A stretch of 64,000 nucleotides of DNA from Bacillota bacterium (GCA_022706765.1 JAKJBX010000001.1:140534-204533); one strand, 5' to 3'; counted from the stretch's first letter, positions 36,605-46,776 are shown. The notes: generated from the letters alone by a model not told the origin. Translations and numbers: made by a program.

Positions 36605-37135
36605 ATGTTTGATGAAAAAACACTCAAATCCGAGGTCAAGTTTGAAGGCAGGATCATCCGCCTCAAAGTGGACACCGTCCTGCTGCCAAACGGCAACGAG
36701 GGGACGCGTGAGATCATAGAGCATCCGGGGGGCGTCGCCATATTGCCCGTAGACAGTGATAATAACGCCTACCTTGTCAGGCAGTACCGCAAACCGTTGG
36801 AGCAGATGCTGCTCGAAGCGCCGGCAGGTAAACTGGCGTACGGCGAGTCGCATTATGACTGCGGTGTCCGTGAGCTGAAAGAGGAAACAGGCTTTGATGC
36901 CGGCAAGATGACCTATTTGGGCTACATCGTCCCGTCGCCCGGCTATGCGAATGAGCGCATACACCTCTATCTGGCGCAGGGGCTGACGTCGGGCGAGCAA
37001 AATCCCGATGAGGATGAATTCGTCAACGTCGAAAAGTACTGCTTTGAAGAGGTCTACGCGATGTGCGTCAGCGGTGAGATTACCGACGCCAAAACCATTG
37101 CCGCCGTTTTGAGGGCGAAATCCGCCATGGAGTAA
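36605..37135 (+). CDS. nudF: ADP-ribose pyrophosphatase-type NUDIX hydrolase
   Basis: The Nudix box is GKLAYGESHYDCGVRELKEETGF. Confidence 0.85.
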   Translation: MFDEKTLKSEVKFEGRIIRLKVDTVLLPNGNEGTREIIEHPGGVAILPVDSDNNAYLVRQYRKPLEQMLLEAPAGKLAYGESHYDCGVRELKEETGFDAGKMTYLGYIVPSPGYANERIHLYLAQGLTSGEQNPDEDEFVNVEKYCFEEVYAMCVSGEITDAKTIAAVLRAKSAME

Positions 37136-37329
37136 TATAATGCCGTCCCCTTCAATATCTTATTATTGGAGGGGATTTAAGTTTGAAACTTGTTTCAAAC
37201 CTGCCCCCGGCGGCAGATGTACCTGTTTTAGATGCGGAATCGTATTAAACGCCTTATCCGGCTCACGATAAGTGCGCGGTCAAATTTTTATCAAATTTGG
37301 TGAGCCGGAAAGGCCAATGGTTATATTTT

Positions 37330-37458
37330 ATGAAGCCGAAATTTTGGGTGGTTAAACCAAAGGATATTATTTATGTGCTGGCGGTGGCGGTCGCTGCCAT
37401 TACGGCAATCGCCGTGCTGTTTGACTTTATTGCCAAGACCTGTTTTTTAACGATTTAG
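37330..37458 (+). CDS. candidate 42-aa single-TM small ORF
   Basis: It encodes MKPKFWVVKPKDIIYVLAVAVAAITAIAVLFDFIAKTCFLTI. The SD is weak. It is below the ORF-track cutoff. Confidence 0.3.
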   Translation: MKPKFWVVKPKDIIYVLAVAVAAITAIAVLFDFIAKTCFLTI

Positions 37459-37522
37459 GGCGTGTTGACACTAAGTAAATGTGCCAAAAATGGGTGCGTT
37501 TGGCTTAGTGTCAACACGCCCT
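37457..37522. repeat. 19-bp perfect inverted repeat with a 28-nt loop
   Basis: agggcgtgttgacactaag (37457-37475) pairs with cttagtgtcaacacgccct (37504-37522). No T-run follows it. It sits just upstream of the zapA promoter (TTGAAA-17-TATAAT, about 37558-37586). Confidence 0.8.
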
Positions 37523-37605
37523 ATATAATGCCCCTGTCAAAAAATGAATGTTTATATTGAAATTTTTGTTCATTTGGTATATAATGACCTTTAAGGAGTG
37601 ATTGT

Positions 37606-37974
37606 ATGTCAAAGAACAAAATTACGGTTTCAATAGCCGGCAAAGATTTTACGATTTTGAGCTCGGAGCCTGAGGAGTATATCCGTAAGGTTGCCCAGCA
37701 TCTTGACAGAAAAATTACCGAGATTGTTTATTCAAACAATCAAATCACCTTACAGATGGGAACGGTGCTTGCCGCCATCAACATTGCGGACGAATATTAC
37801 AAGAGTCTCGAAGCGTCGGACAACCTTCGTCAGCAGATCGGTCAGTACATCGACGACGTGACCAAGGAGCGGTCGGAGCTGACCTCACTGCGTGCTGAAA
37901 ACCAGCGCCTTAAAGAGCAGCTCAAACGCTTTCAGGGAACCGGCGGCGATGATATTCAACAGACGATGCTATGA
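37606..37974 (+). CDS. zapA: cell division protein ZapA
   Basis: V.I.G..F.I....PEEYIRKVAQHLD..I is typical of ZapA, and there is a C-terminal coiled coil. Confidence 0.8.
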   Translation: MSKNKITVSIAGKDFTILSSEPEEYIRKVAQHLDRKITEIVYSNNQITLQMGTVLAAINIADEYYKSLEASDNLRQQIGQYIDDVTKERSELTSLRAENQRLKEQLKRFQGTGGDDIQQTML

Positions 37975-39998
37975 CAAGACCCGATAAGCCGCTGCTCTTA
38001 GCGCCCGCAGGCAGCAAGGAAGCGCTGATTGCGGCTGTTGAAGGCGGGGCGGACGCCGTGTACATCGGTGGTGGCAGCTTCAGCGCCAGAGCGTTTGCCA
38101 AGAATTTTTCGGACGAGGATATCGCGTGGGCGGTCGACTATTGCCACCTGCGGCAGGCTTTGCTGTACGTTGCGGTCAATACGCTTGTGACAGACCGTGA
38201 GCTCGGCGAGGTCGCCCGATTCATCGCCTTTTTGTATCAAATCGGGGCGGACGCCCTGATTATTCAGGATATCGGTGTGGCGCTGATGGCTCGAGAGATT
38301 GCTCCCGAGCTTTCTTTGCACATCAGCACCCAGGCGACCGTTACGGATGCGGGCGGAGCGCTTTTCTTCAAGCGGCTCGGCTTTTCCTGCGCCATCGTGT
38401 CGAGGGAGCTGTCCAAGGGGCAGATTGCCGACATCGTCCGTGCCGCTGGCATACCGGTCGAAATCTTTGTGCACGGCGCCATCTGTGTCTGCTATTCGGG
38501 TCAGTGCCTGATGAGCAGCCATATCGGCGGCAGAAGCGGTAACCGGGGCAAATGTGCCCAGCCGTGCAGGCTGCCTTACAAAATCGGTGATCAGGAGGGC
38601 TTTTTGCTCAGCCCCAAGGACATGAACCTTATTAAAAGACTGGACGAAATCAAGGAAATCGGTGTGTCCGCCCTAAAAATCGAGGGCAGGATGAAGGGAG
38701 CGGAATACGTTGCCGAAACAGTGGGCATATACCGCAAATACTTAGACACCCCCCAGGCTGTCACACAGGAGGACGCCCAAAGACTTGAACGCATATTTTA
38801 CCGGGGCGGCTTTACCGACGCTTATTTCACGGGACAAAAGGGTGCGGACATGCTGTGCCGCAGCAAGCCCGACAACCCCTATCAAATGCAGGTTGGCGGC
38901 GCTTCGCCGTATAAGTCTGAGCGCAAACGCCGTATCGCCTTTCGTTGCATTGCAAGGCTCGGGAAGCCGCTGGTCATTACAGCAATTGACAACCTGGGTC
39001 ATACGGCACAGGCAACGGGCAGCGTAAGCTGCGAAAAAGCCGTCAACACGCCGTTGACCTGTGAGCGACTGCGTCAGCAGCTTTCAAAGCTGGGGGATAC
39101 GGTGTTCATGCTGTCCGAAGTGCAGGCGGACATCGACGCCGGCATCTCTTTGCCGGTGTCCGAAATCAATGCAGTCAGAAGACAGGCGGTCATGCTGCTT
39201 GCCATGCAAATCACGGACAGCTATAAGCGCCGTCAGGCAAATGCCTTTACACTTACAAAAACTGTCCGACCGCCGTCAGATGCGCTGAAATTCGCCGTGC
39301 AAATTACCAACGAGGACCAGCTTGGCGCATTCTCAGATGACGATTATGACTGCCTTTACCTGCCGCTGGACATTGCTGTAAAGCAAAACACCTTTACAGA
39401 TAAAACTGTGGTCGTGCTGCCGAGGGTATCTCCGCCAAGCCTTGAAGAAACGCTTGTGGGGTTGGGCATCCGCAAAGCGCTGATGACCAACATTGGGCAG
39501 TATCTGACCCTGCAAAAGCTCGGGTTTGAGATTTATATCGACCACAGCATCAATGTGTTCAATTCGCTCAGCGCAGGGCACTTCACAGACGCAAAGCTGC
39601 TGACGCCGTCCACCGAGCTGATGTTGTCGCAAATCCGCTGTATCGGCGGCTCAGTGCCGATTGAGGTCATCGCTTACGGACGGCTGCCGCTGATGCTGAC
39701 CGAAAACTGCCTGATCAAAAGCAGCGCCGGCTGCAAGGGCGGCGATGCGCTGACCGACAGAACGGGGGCAAGGTTTCCGGTTTTATGCCGGGAGGGTTGC
39801 CGGAACGAGATTTTCAATTCCAAGCCGCTGGTGATGAGCGATAAGCTTGGCGACATCAAAAGCAGCGGCATATCGTCCGTCAGGCTGTATTTTACGGTTG
39901 AATCGCCGTCCGAGTGCGCTGAGATCCTGCGGCGCTACAAAAATAGGCAGGCAATCGACACGGAATTTACAAGAGGGAAATTTTATAAGGGTGTGTGA
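37971..39998 (+). CDS. U32 family peptidase-like protein
   Basis: The U32 signature EIFVHGAICVCYSGQCLMSS is present. The gene overlaps the zapA stop. Confidence 0.85.
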   Translation: MTRPDKPLLLAPAGSKEALIAAVEGGADAVYIGGGSFSARAFAKNFSDEDIAWAVDYCHLRQALLYVAVNTLVTDRELGEVARFIAFLYQIGADALIIQDIGVALMAREIAPELSLHISTQATVTDAGGALFFKRLGFSCAIVSRELSKGQIADIVRAAGIPVEIFVHGAICVCYSGQCLMSSHIGGRSGNRGKCAQPCRLPYKIGDQEGFLLSPKDMNLIKRLDEIKEIGVSALKIEGRMKGAEYVAETVGIYRKYLDTPQAVTQEDAQRLERIFYRGGFTDAYFTGQKGADMLCRSKPDNPYQMQVGGASPYKSERKRRIAFRCIARLGKPLVITAIDNLGHTAQATGSVSCEKAVNTPLTCERLRQQLSKLGDTVFMLSEVQADIDAGISLPVSEINAVRRQAVMLLAMQITDSYKRRQANAFTLTKTVRPPSDALKFAVQITNEDQLGAFSDDDYDCLYLPLDIAVKQNTFTDKTVVVLPRVSPPSLEETLVGLGIRKALMTNIGQYLTLQKLGFEIYIDHSINVFNSLSAGHFTDAKLLTPSTELMLSQIRCIGGSVPIEVIAYGRLPLMLTENCLIKSSAGCKGGDALTDRTGARFPVLCREGCRNEIFNSKPLVMSDKLGDIKSSGISSVRLYFTVESPSECAEILRRYKNRQAIDTEFTRGKFYKGV

Positions 39999-40453
39999 GT
40001 GCGTTGGAGCTTAAAGTAAAATTTTTATCCGACAAAATCGGCGGCGAGATTCCCGCCCCGTTTTATGCGACCGAGGGCTCGGCGGGGATGGACCTGCCCG
40101 CCTGTATTGACGAGCCGCTGACCCTCGCTCCGGGCGACAGGGTCGCCGTACCGACAGGCATCGCGATTGCGCTGCCGGACAGCGGCTATGTCGGTCTGGT
40201 ATTTGCCCGCAGCTCACTGGGGCTCAAAAAGGGCGTCACTCTACCCAATGCGGTGGGCGTGATCGACAGCGACTACCGCGGCGAGATTTTGGTCGCGCTG
40301 ACCAATATATCGGACGAGCCGTATACTATAGCAAAGGGAGAGCGTATCGCCCAGTTGGTGATCATGCCTGTCTGTGTGGCGGATATCAGCGTCGTGGAGG
40401 AATTGCCGGACACTGATAGGGGGGATGGCGGCTTTGGCTCGACGGGAAGGTAA
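39995..40453 (+). CDS. dut: dUTP diphosphatase
   Basis: Contains YATEGSAGMDL, GVIDSDYRGE and a C-terminal RGDGGFGSTG. Confidence 0.9.
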   Translation: MSALELKVKFLSDKIGGEIPAPFYATEGSAGMDLPACIDEPLTLAPGDRVAVPTGIAIALPDSGYVGLVFARSSLGLKKGVTLPNAVGVIDSDYRGEILVALTNISDEPYTIAKGERIAQLVIMPVCVADISVVEELPDTDRGDGGFGSTGR

Positions 40454-40469
40454 GCCATCGGGAGCGGAT

Positions 40470-40826
40470 TTGGTCATTATCGGCGTTTTTTTAGCGGCCG
40501 GCGTTTTGTCGCTGATTTACGTGACCTTTTTTTTGTGGAGCGGCAAACCGAGCGGCGTTATCATTGAAAGCGACGGCAAAATATTTGCCCAATATGAATT
40601 TAATACCATTTCCGGTAAAAAATCGGTTGAAATAAAATCCGATTACGGGTATAATGTAGTAGAGCTCGAAAATCGGCGGATAAGGATCGTACATTCGGAC
40701 TGCGCCGACCAAATTTGCACCGGCGCAGGCTGGATAGACAGGCCCAACCAAGTCATCGTCTGCCTGCCCGCACGCCTTGTCGTCAGACTTACCGGCGGTG
40801 AGGGCGTGGACTATGTATCTTATTAG
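40470..40826 (+). CDS. NusG domain II-containing membrane-anchored protein
   Basis: Contains CADQICTGAGWIDRPNQVIVCLPARLVV. GGGAG lies 5 nt before TTG 40470; the listed ORF starts earlier, overlapping dut. Confidence 0.65.
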   Translation: MVIIGVFLAAGVLSLIYVTFFLWSGKPSGVIIESDGKIFAQYEFNTISGKKSVEIKSDYGYNVVELENRRIRIVHSDCADQICTGAGWIDRPNQVIVCLPARLVVRLTGGEGVDYVSY

Positions 40827-40845
40827 AGGTCGCCAAAGGTGAATT

Positions 40846-41340
40846 ATGCGAAGAAATTACAAGCTTATTTTAATTGCCGTGATGACGGCGGTCGGCGTGG
40901 CGCTGCAAGTCTTTGAGGCGCAGCTGCCGATACCCGTCAGCCTCCCGGGCGGGAAAATCGGGCTTGCCAACATTGTTGGGCTGGTGCTGATTCCTACGCT
41001 CGGGGGCGGTATTGCGCTGGCGGTTTCGGTGCTGCGCGCCCTGCTCGGCTCGTTGATGTTCGGCGGCTTTACCGGCGGACTTTACAGCGTCGGCGGTGCG
41101 GTTTTGTCGGCATGCGCCATGATTTTGGCGTATAAGCTTTGGTATCCGAGGGTGACGCTGATTGGTATAGGCGTGATCGGCGCTGCGGCGCACAACACGG
41201 CGCAGGTCACCGTGGCGGCGGTTTTGCTCGGCAATGCGGGCGTCCTATCGTACCTGCCCATACTCATCATCATTGCGGTGGCTTCGGGCAGCTTTACAGG
41301 GTTTACGGCGGAACTTATAGGCAGGAGGCGGTTTTGGTGA
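40846..41340 (+). CDS. Gx transporter family protein (heptaprenyl diphosphate synthase component I-like)
   Basis: A polytopic protein containing LPGGKIGLANIV. Pairing with a NusG-II protein is typical. Confidence 0.7.
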   Translation: MRRNYKLILIAVMTAVGVALQVFEAQLPIPVSLPGGKIGLANIVGLVLIPTLGGGIALAVSVLRALLGSLMFGGFTGGLYSVGGAVLSACAMILAYKLWYPRVTLIGIGVIGAAAHNTAQVTVAAVLLGNAGVLSYLPILIIIAVASGSFTGFTAELIGRRRFW

Positions 41341-41600
41341 TCAGGCGAACAAAAAGGCTGTGGATTTTGATCCTGCTGATTGCTTTTGGCATGCTCATCG
41401 GCAATGTGGTTGCGGATATGTCACGGGGGTCACGGTATTTTTACTGGCTCGCATACGGACGCAGCTTCGGCGTCAGCACGGACAGTCCGTTTGTGCTGGA
41501 CCTCGGTATGCTGACCTTAAAATTAGGGCTGATGGTTCACCTGACCATTTCGTCCATCGTCGGGATTATTGCGGCGCTCATGGTTTACAGAAGGATATAG
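41337..41600 (+). CDS. DUF4321-like small membrane protein
   Basis: AGGAGG lies 9 nt before GTG 41337. The sequence RLWILILLIAFGMLIGNVVA...LDLGMLTLKLGL.. is typical of the family found upstream of maf. Confidence 0.6.
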   Translation: MIRRTKRLWILILLIAFGMLIGNVVADMSRGSRYFYWLAYGRSFGVSTDSPFVLDLGMLTLKLGLMVHLTISSIVGIIAALMVYRRI

Positions 41601-41609
41601 GTGGGAATA

Positions 41610-42197
41610 ATGAAAAGGATCATATTAGCGTCCGCCTCGCCCAGGCGCAGGGAGCTTTTGACTCAACTGGGGCTTCAATTTGATGTGGCGGTGTCGGATG
41701 CGGACGAAGCTTTTGACAAGCATCTATCGGCGGAGCAAAACGTGATGCGCATTGCCTCCGGCAAGGCAAAAGCGGTGGCGTCACAAATAGACGGCGACTG
41801 TCTCATCATCGGCGCCGATACGGTGGTCTGCTGCGGCGAAACGGTGCTGACCAAGCCGCCTGACGAGCAGTCAGCCTTTGGGATGCTGCGGATGCTCAGC
41901 GGCAGGACGCATACCGTTTATACGGGCTTTGCGGTGCTGAGGACAAGCGACTTTCAGCTGGAAACCGGCTGTGAACAGACGCAGGTCACCTTTCGTGATT
42001 TAACGGACGAGGACATCGCAGGCTATATCAAAACGGGAGAGCCGATGGATAAGGCGGGCGGCTACGGCGTTCAGGGCATCGGCGCGGTGCTGGTGCGCGC
42101 TATCTGCGGCGATTACAGCAATGTGGTCGGGCTTCCTCTCGGCAGCCTTGCGCAGACGCTCGGCAAATTCGGGATAAAAATCTTATCATCAAAATGA
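41610..42197 (+). CDS. maf: Maf-like nucleoside triphosphate pyrophosphatase
   Basis: Contains IILASASPRRRELL, GADTVV and GAYGIQG-like GGYGVQG. GTG 41601 is an alternative start. Confidence 0.9.
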   Translation: MKRIILASASPRRRELLTQLGLQFDVAVSDADEAFDKHLSAEQNVMRIASGKAKAVASQIDGDCLIIGADTVVCCGETVLTKPPDEQSAFGMLRMLSGRTHTVYTGFAVLRTSDFQLETGCEQTQVTFRDLTDEDIAGYIKTGEPMDKAGGYGVQGIGAVLVRAICGDYSNVVGLPLGSLAQTLGKFGIKILSSK

Positions 42198-42310
42198 AGC
42201 GTTCTGGCGCATAGCGCTTTCCCGAACGCATCCGCTCGCCGCGCGAGCGTGAGCGCAGGTAAATTCATTTTACCGCAGTGCAGAAATTGCGCCGGTTTTG
42301 CGCAATTTCC
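42198..42310 (+). repeat. structured intergenic repeat, copy A (between maf and mreB)
   Basis: About 75% identical, without gaps, to 58607-58721 over the first 92 nt. Hairpins are gcgttc../..gaacgc, ggtaaa-ttca-tttacc and gaaattgcgc-cggtttt-gcgcaatttc (42283-42309). Confidence 0.7.
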
Positions 42311-42334
42311 AATAAATAAAAAGGAGACAGATAA

Positions 42335-43345
42335 ATGGCAAGCAAGGACGTCGGAATTGATTTGGGCACGGCAAACACATTGGTACATGTCAAGGGCAGA
42401 GGTATCGTCGTCAGGGAGCCGTCGGTCGTGGCGGTGAACAAGGAAACCAGGCAGGTGCTTGCCGTCGGCGACGCCGCAAAGGATATGCTTGGCAGAACGC
42501 CGGGGAATATTACAGCGATACGCCCGATGAAGGACGGCGTCATCGCCGATTACGATATTACACAAAAGATGATCAAATATTTCATCAGCAAAGCCTGTCC
42601 GAAATCAGGGTTTTTCAAACCCCGTGTCATCGTCTGCATACCGTCGGGCGTGACGGAGGTTGAAAAACGCGCGGTGGAGGAAGCGGTCATGCAGGCGGGC
42701 GCAAGGGAAGCGTACCTGATAGAGGAGCCTATGGCGGCGTCCATTGGCGCGGGTCTGCCGGTCGACGAGCCGATGGGCAGCATGGTGGTCGACATTGGCG
42801 GCGGCACGACCGAAGTAGCGGTCATATCGCTCGGCGGTATTGTCACCAGCGTGTCCCTGCGCAAGGCAGGCGACGCGCTCGACGATGCGATCGTGCAGTA
42901 CATCAAAAAGAACAACAATCTGATGATTGGCGAGCGCACGGCGGAGGAAATTAAAATGGTGCTCGGCAGCGCATACCCTATTGAAGAAAACAATGAGATC
43001 GAGGTCAGGGGTAGGGACCTTATTACGGGACTGCCCAAGACCATTCTGCTGACGACGGCAGAGGTGCGGGAAGCGCTGAGCGAGCCGGTCGAGGCAATCG
43101 TTGAGGCGATTAAAACAACGCTGGAAAAAACACCGCCGGAGCTTGCGGCGGATATCATTGAAAGAGGCATCATGCTGACAGGCGGCGGAGCGCTTTTGAA
43201 GGGGCTTGACAGGCTGATCACTGCGGAAACGGGTATGCCCGTGATGATTGCCGAAGCGCCGCTTGACTGTGTCGCCATCGGAACGGGAACGGTCTTGAAT
43301 GAAATCTCCACCCTCCGTAAGGTGCTGATGTCGTCTAAGCGATAG
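42335..43345 (+). CDS. mreB: rod shape-determining protein MreB
   Basis: Actin-fold motifs are present ([20 protein letters not shown]). Confidence 0.95.
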   Translation: MASKDVGIDLGTANTLVHVKGRGIVVREPSVVAVNKETRQVLAVGDAAKDMLGRTPGNITAIRPMKDGVIADYDITQKMIKYFISKACPKSGFFKPRVIVCIPSGVTEVEKRAVEEAVMQAGAREAYLIEEPMAASIGAGLPVDEPMGSMVVDIGGGTTEVAVISLGGIVTSVSLRKAGDALDDAIVQYIKKNNNLMIGERTAEEIKMVLGSAYPIEENNEIEVRGRDLITGLPKTILLTTAEVREALSEPVEAIVEAIKTTLEKTPPELAADIIERGIMLTGGGALLKGLDRLITAETGMPVMIAEAPLDCVAIGTGTVLNEISTLRKVLMSSKR

Positions 43346-43372
43346 CGTGAGGTGCTTTGTGAGGTGCTTTGA

Positions 43373-44209
43373 TTGAGAGATTTGTTTACAAATAAATATG
43401 TCATACTGCTGCTGGTCGTCACGGTGGTATTGCTGATCATGACGGCGATGTTCACGCTTGACCGCCAAAGCGTTACTTTCGGCGAGGACCTTGTCGCAAC
43501 GGTCGTGACGCCGTTTCAGGCGTTGTTTGACACCGTGGCGGACGGTGTTGAACACTTCTTTGGCTATTTCGGCGATATTGACGCTGTTCGGCAGCAAAAC
43601 GGCTTGCTCAAAACTGAGGTCAATACGCTCAGCGACACCGTGCGTCAGCTCGAACAGTATAAGCTGGAAAATGAGCGGCTGAGGTCGCTCCTCGGCTTAA
43701 AGGAACGCATGGCGGGGTATACCATGGTCAGCGCCGAGGTAATCGCCAAGGACACCGGCAGCTGGTACAGCGCGTTCACCATAGACAAAGGCGCAAAAGA
43801 CGGGTTGGCGATGCGTCAGGCGGTCGTCACCGGCGACGGTCTGGTCGGTCACATATACGAAATCGGGACAGGCTATGCCAAGGTGCTGTCGATCATCGAC
43901 GCCAACAGTAGCACGGGGGCAATCGTCGCCCGCACGCGCGATGTGGCGGTTGTCGAAAGCGACGTAGAGCTTCAGCAGCAGGGGCTGTGCAAGATGACGT
44001 ATATCGGCAAGAGCGCCAGCGTCATTCCGGGCGACATCATCGAAACGTCGGGGCTTGGCGGCATCTATCCCAAAGGGCTTTTGGTGGGCAAGGTGCGTGA
44101 GATCAGACCTGCGACCGCCGCGATCTCGCAGTATGCGATCGTTGAGCCTGCGGCGGATTTTGAACGCATTTCCGAGGTGCTTGTCATCACAGGCTATCCT
44201 GCGGAATAA
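43373..44209 (+). CDS. mreC: rod shape-determining protein MreC
   Basis: N-terminal TM helix, a coiled coil (LEQYKLENERLRSLL) and a beta-barrel C-domain. It uses a TTG start. Confidence 0.85.
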   Translation: MRDLFTNKYVILLLVVTVVLLIMTAMFTLDRQSVTFGEDLVATVVTPFQALFDTVADGVEHFFGYFGDIDAVRQQNGLLKTEVNTLSDTVRQLEQYKLENERLRSLLGLKERMAGYTMVSAEVIAKDTGSWYSAFTIDKGAKDGLAMRQAVVTGDGLVGHIYEIGTGYAKVLSIIDANSSTGAIVARTRDVAVVESDVELQQQGLCKMTYIGKSASVIPGDIIETSGLGGIYPKGLLVGKVREIRPATAAISQYAIVEPAADFERISEVLVITGYPAE

Positions 44210-44716
44210 ATGGAGGTCAGCGTGAAGGGAGTCATTAATGTTATTGTCGCGGTGCTGCTTTGTGCGGTACAGACAACCATATTCGCCAAAATCACGTTCT
44301 TCGGGACGGCGCCCAATCTGCTGTTGGCGTTTGCCGTGTGTGTTGCCCTGTCACGGGGCGGTGTCGAGGGCGGCGCTACCGGGCTTTTGTGCGGCATTTT
44401 GACCGATGTTATGGGCTATGGCAGGTTCGGCGCCAACGCCTTGTTCTATATGTACATTGCCGTCGGGATCGGGCTGGTCAGCAGACGCATTTACCGTGCG
44501 GGCAGTCTTGTCGCCTTTATGTTCTGCCTTGCCGTCACGTTTACATACGGCTTTTTGTATTTTTTCTTCGCGCTTTTTATCTGGAAGGGCGGCAGCCTTT
44601 GGTTTGCGGTTTGGCACGGGCTCATACCTGAAAGCCTGTATACCGCCCTTGCTGCTGCGCTGCTGATGAAACTCGTGCGGTATCTAAATAAACGTTTTGC
44701 ACCAAGGGAGGCGTAG
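44210..44716 (+). CDS. mreD: rod shape-determining protein MreD
   Basis: A small polytopic membrane protein directly after mreC. Confidence 0.7.
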   Translation: MEVSVKGVINVIVAVLLCAVQTTIFAKITFFGTAPNLLLAFAVCVALSRGGVEGGATGLLCGILTDVMGYGRFGANALFYMYIAVGIGLVSRRIYRAGSLVAFMFCLAVTFTYGFLYFFFALFIWKGGSLWFAVWHGLIPESLYTALAAALLMKLVRYLNKRFAPREA

Positions 44717-44721
44717 CCAGT

Positions 44722-46776
44722 ATGTTTTTTCACCGCCTTAAAGACCGCTACACCATATTGTTCATCATCATCGCCGCAATGACGGTTTCGATTGTCGGAC
44801 GGCTTTTTTACCTGCAAATCGTCAAGGGCGAGTATTATAAAATCCAGTCGGAGAACCGGCTGATCCGCAACATGCCCATCAAAGCGCCGAGGGGCGAGAT
44901 CTTAGACCGCTACGGCAGACCGCTGATCACCAACCGTCAGGGTTTTTCGGTGGTTTTCTATAAGGAATACATAAAGTCCGGAGCGTTAAACGCCCTGATA
45001 CTGCGGATGATCAACGTGATGGCAATTCACGGCGAGGCGTATATCGACACGCTGCCTGTCACGCCGTCGGAGCCGTTTGACTTTGATTTCCCCGGCGTGT
45101 CCGGCGATACGTTGACGGAAAAGCTGGCGGCGTTCAGAATCGCCTGTAAAGCAGCGCCTGATACCGATGCTCGTGCGGTACTGTATGCGCTGAAAGACAA
45201 GTACAAAATCGAGGACGGCTATTCGGATGCCGACCTGCGCAAAATCATCGGCGTCCGGTACGAGATGGAAAGCCGTCTGTTTTCCGACAGCACGCCTTAT
45301 ACCTTTGCGACGGACGTCAGCATCTCCTGCGTGACCTATATCAAGGAGCAGGGCGATGATTTCCAGGGCATCGGCATATCGGTCGAGCCTATCAGGGAAT
45401 ATACGGGCGGCACGCTTGCGGCGCACATCCTCGGCAGAGTCGGCGTGATGTATAAGGAGGACTACGAGAAGCTCAAAAGCAAAAATTACAGCATGAACGA
45501 TAAGGTCGGCAAGGACGGCATTGAAAAGGTGTTGGAGGAGTATCTGCGGGGCGTCGACGGCGTGTCGAGCGTCGAGCAGAATTTGGGCGGCAGGATGTCG
45601 AAAATCATCGACAGCCAGCCAGCCGTTCCTGGGAATTATGCCGTCCTGACGCTGGACGCTAAGCTGCAAAAGACCCTGGAAGACTCTCTCGAACGTGTTA
45701 TCAAAGAGCTTCAAGGCAGAGGCGAGTCACGGGGGGCGAACGCAGGCTCCGCCGTCGTGCTGGACGTCAACTCGGGCGAGGTGCTCGCCATGGCGTCGTA
45801 CCCGACCTTCGACCCGTCAAAATTCAACGAGCTTTGGGGCACACTCAGCAAGGACTCCACACGTCCGATGTGGAACAGGGCGATTTCGGGACAGTATGCG
45901 CCCGGCTCGACCTTTAAACCGATGACGGCGGTCGCCGCACTCGAATCGGGCGCAGTTACGCCGACCGAAACGCTCCTTTGCGACGGCGTCTACAAATACT
46001 ACGCAAGCTCGGGCTATTCGCCCGTCTGCTGGCTTTACTCATCCTCGGGGCACGGGCACGGTTACCAAAACGTCACGCAAGCGATTGAAAACTCCTGTAA
46101 CCTCTATTTTTACGAGGCGGGCAGGCGTGTCGACATCGACAAGCTTGCGGAGTACGGGGCGCAGTTCGGGCTCGGTGAATATACCGGCATCGAGTTGTCC
46201 GGCGAGGCGCAGGGGATTTTCGCCTCACGCGAATATCGCAAAAAACTGGGCAAACCCTGGTATCCCGGCGATACGGTGCAGGCGGCGATCGGTCAGTCAG
46301 ATCATCTGTTCACACCCGTCCAGCTTGCCAACTACATCGCCACCATTGCCAACGGCGGCAAGCGCTATGGCGTCCACCTCGTCAAGAGCGTCAAGTCCTA
46401 TGGCGACGCCAGTACGGTATTTGAAAATACCCCGACCGTGGTCAATACGCTCGACATGGACAGCAAAAATTATAAGGCGGTCATGGACGGGCTTCGAAAG
46501 GTCAACGAGACAGGCACGGCAAGCAGCACCTTTGCAAATTTTGAAATCGCCGTCGGCGGCAAGACGGGTACTGCCTCGGTGCCGAGCGGTGCGGCAAACG
46601 GCTTGTTTGTGGCGTTCGCACCCTTTGACGACCCGCAGATCGCCATCGCCGTCGTGGTGGAACATGCTGCGCACGGCAACTGGATCGCATCGGTCGCAAA
46701 GGATGTTATTGCGGAATATATGGCGGTGGATGCGGTCGAGGACCAAATAAGACCGCACAACGAATTGCTGAGGTGA
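44722..46776 (+). CDS. mrdA: penicillin-binding protein 2 (class B transpeptidase)
   Basis: Motifs STFK (PGSTFKP), SCN and KTGTA are present. Confidence 0.9.
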   Translation: MFFHRLKDRYTILFIIIAAMTVSIVGRLFYLQIVKGEYYKIQSENRLIRNMPIKAPRGEILDRYGRPLITNRQGFSVVFYKEYIKSGALNALILRMINVMAIHGEAYIDTLPVTPSEPFDFDFPGVSGDTLTEKLAAFRIACKAAPDTDARAVLYALKDKYKIEDGYSDADLRKIIGVRYEMESRLFSDSTPYTFATDVSISCVTYIKEQGDDFQGIGISVEPIREYTGGTLAAHILGRVGVMYKEDYEKLKSKNYSMNDKVGKDGIEKVLEEYLRGVDGVSSVEQNLGGRMSKIIDSQPAVPGNYAVLTLDAKLQKTLEDSLERVIKELQGRGESRGANAGSAVVLDVNSGEVLAMASYPTFDPSKFNELWGTLSKDSTRPMWNRAISGQYAPGSTFKPMTAVAALESGAVTPTETLLCDGVYKYYASSGYSPVCWLYSSSGHGHGYQNVTQAIENSCNLYFYEAGRRVDIDKLAEYGAQFGLGEYTGIELSGEAQGIFASREYRKKLGKPWYPGDTVQAAIGQSDHLFTPVQLANYIATIANGGKRYGVHLVKSVKSYGDASTVFENTPTVVNTLDMDSKNYKAVMDGLRKVNETGTASSTFANFEIAVGGKTGTASVPSGAANGLFVAFAPFDDPQIAIAVVVEHAAHGNWIASVAKDVIAEYMAVDAVEDQIRPHNELLR

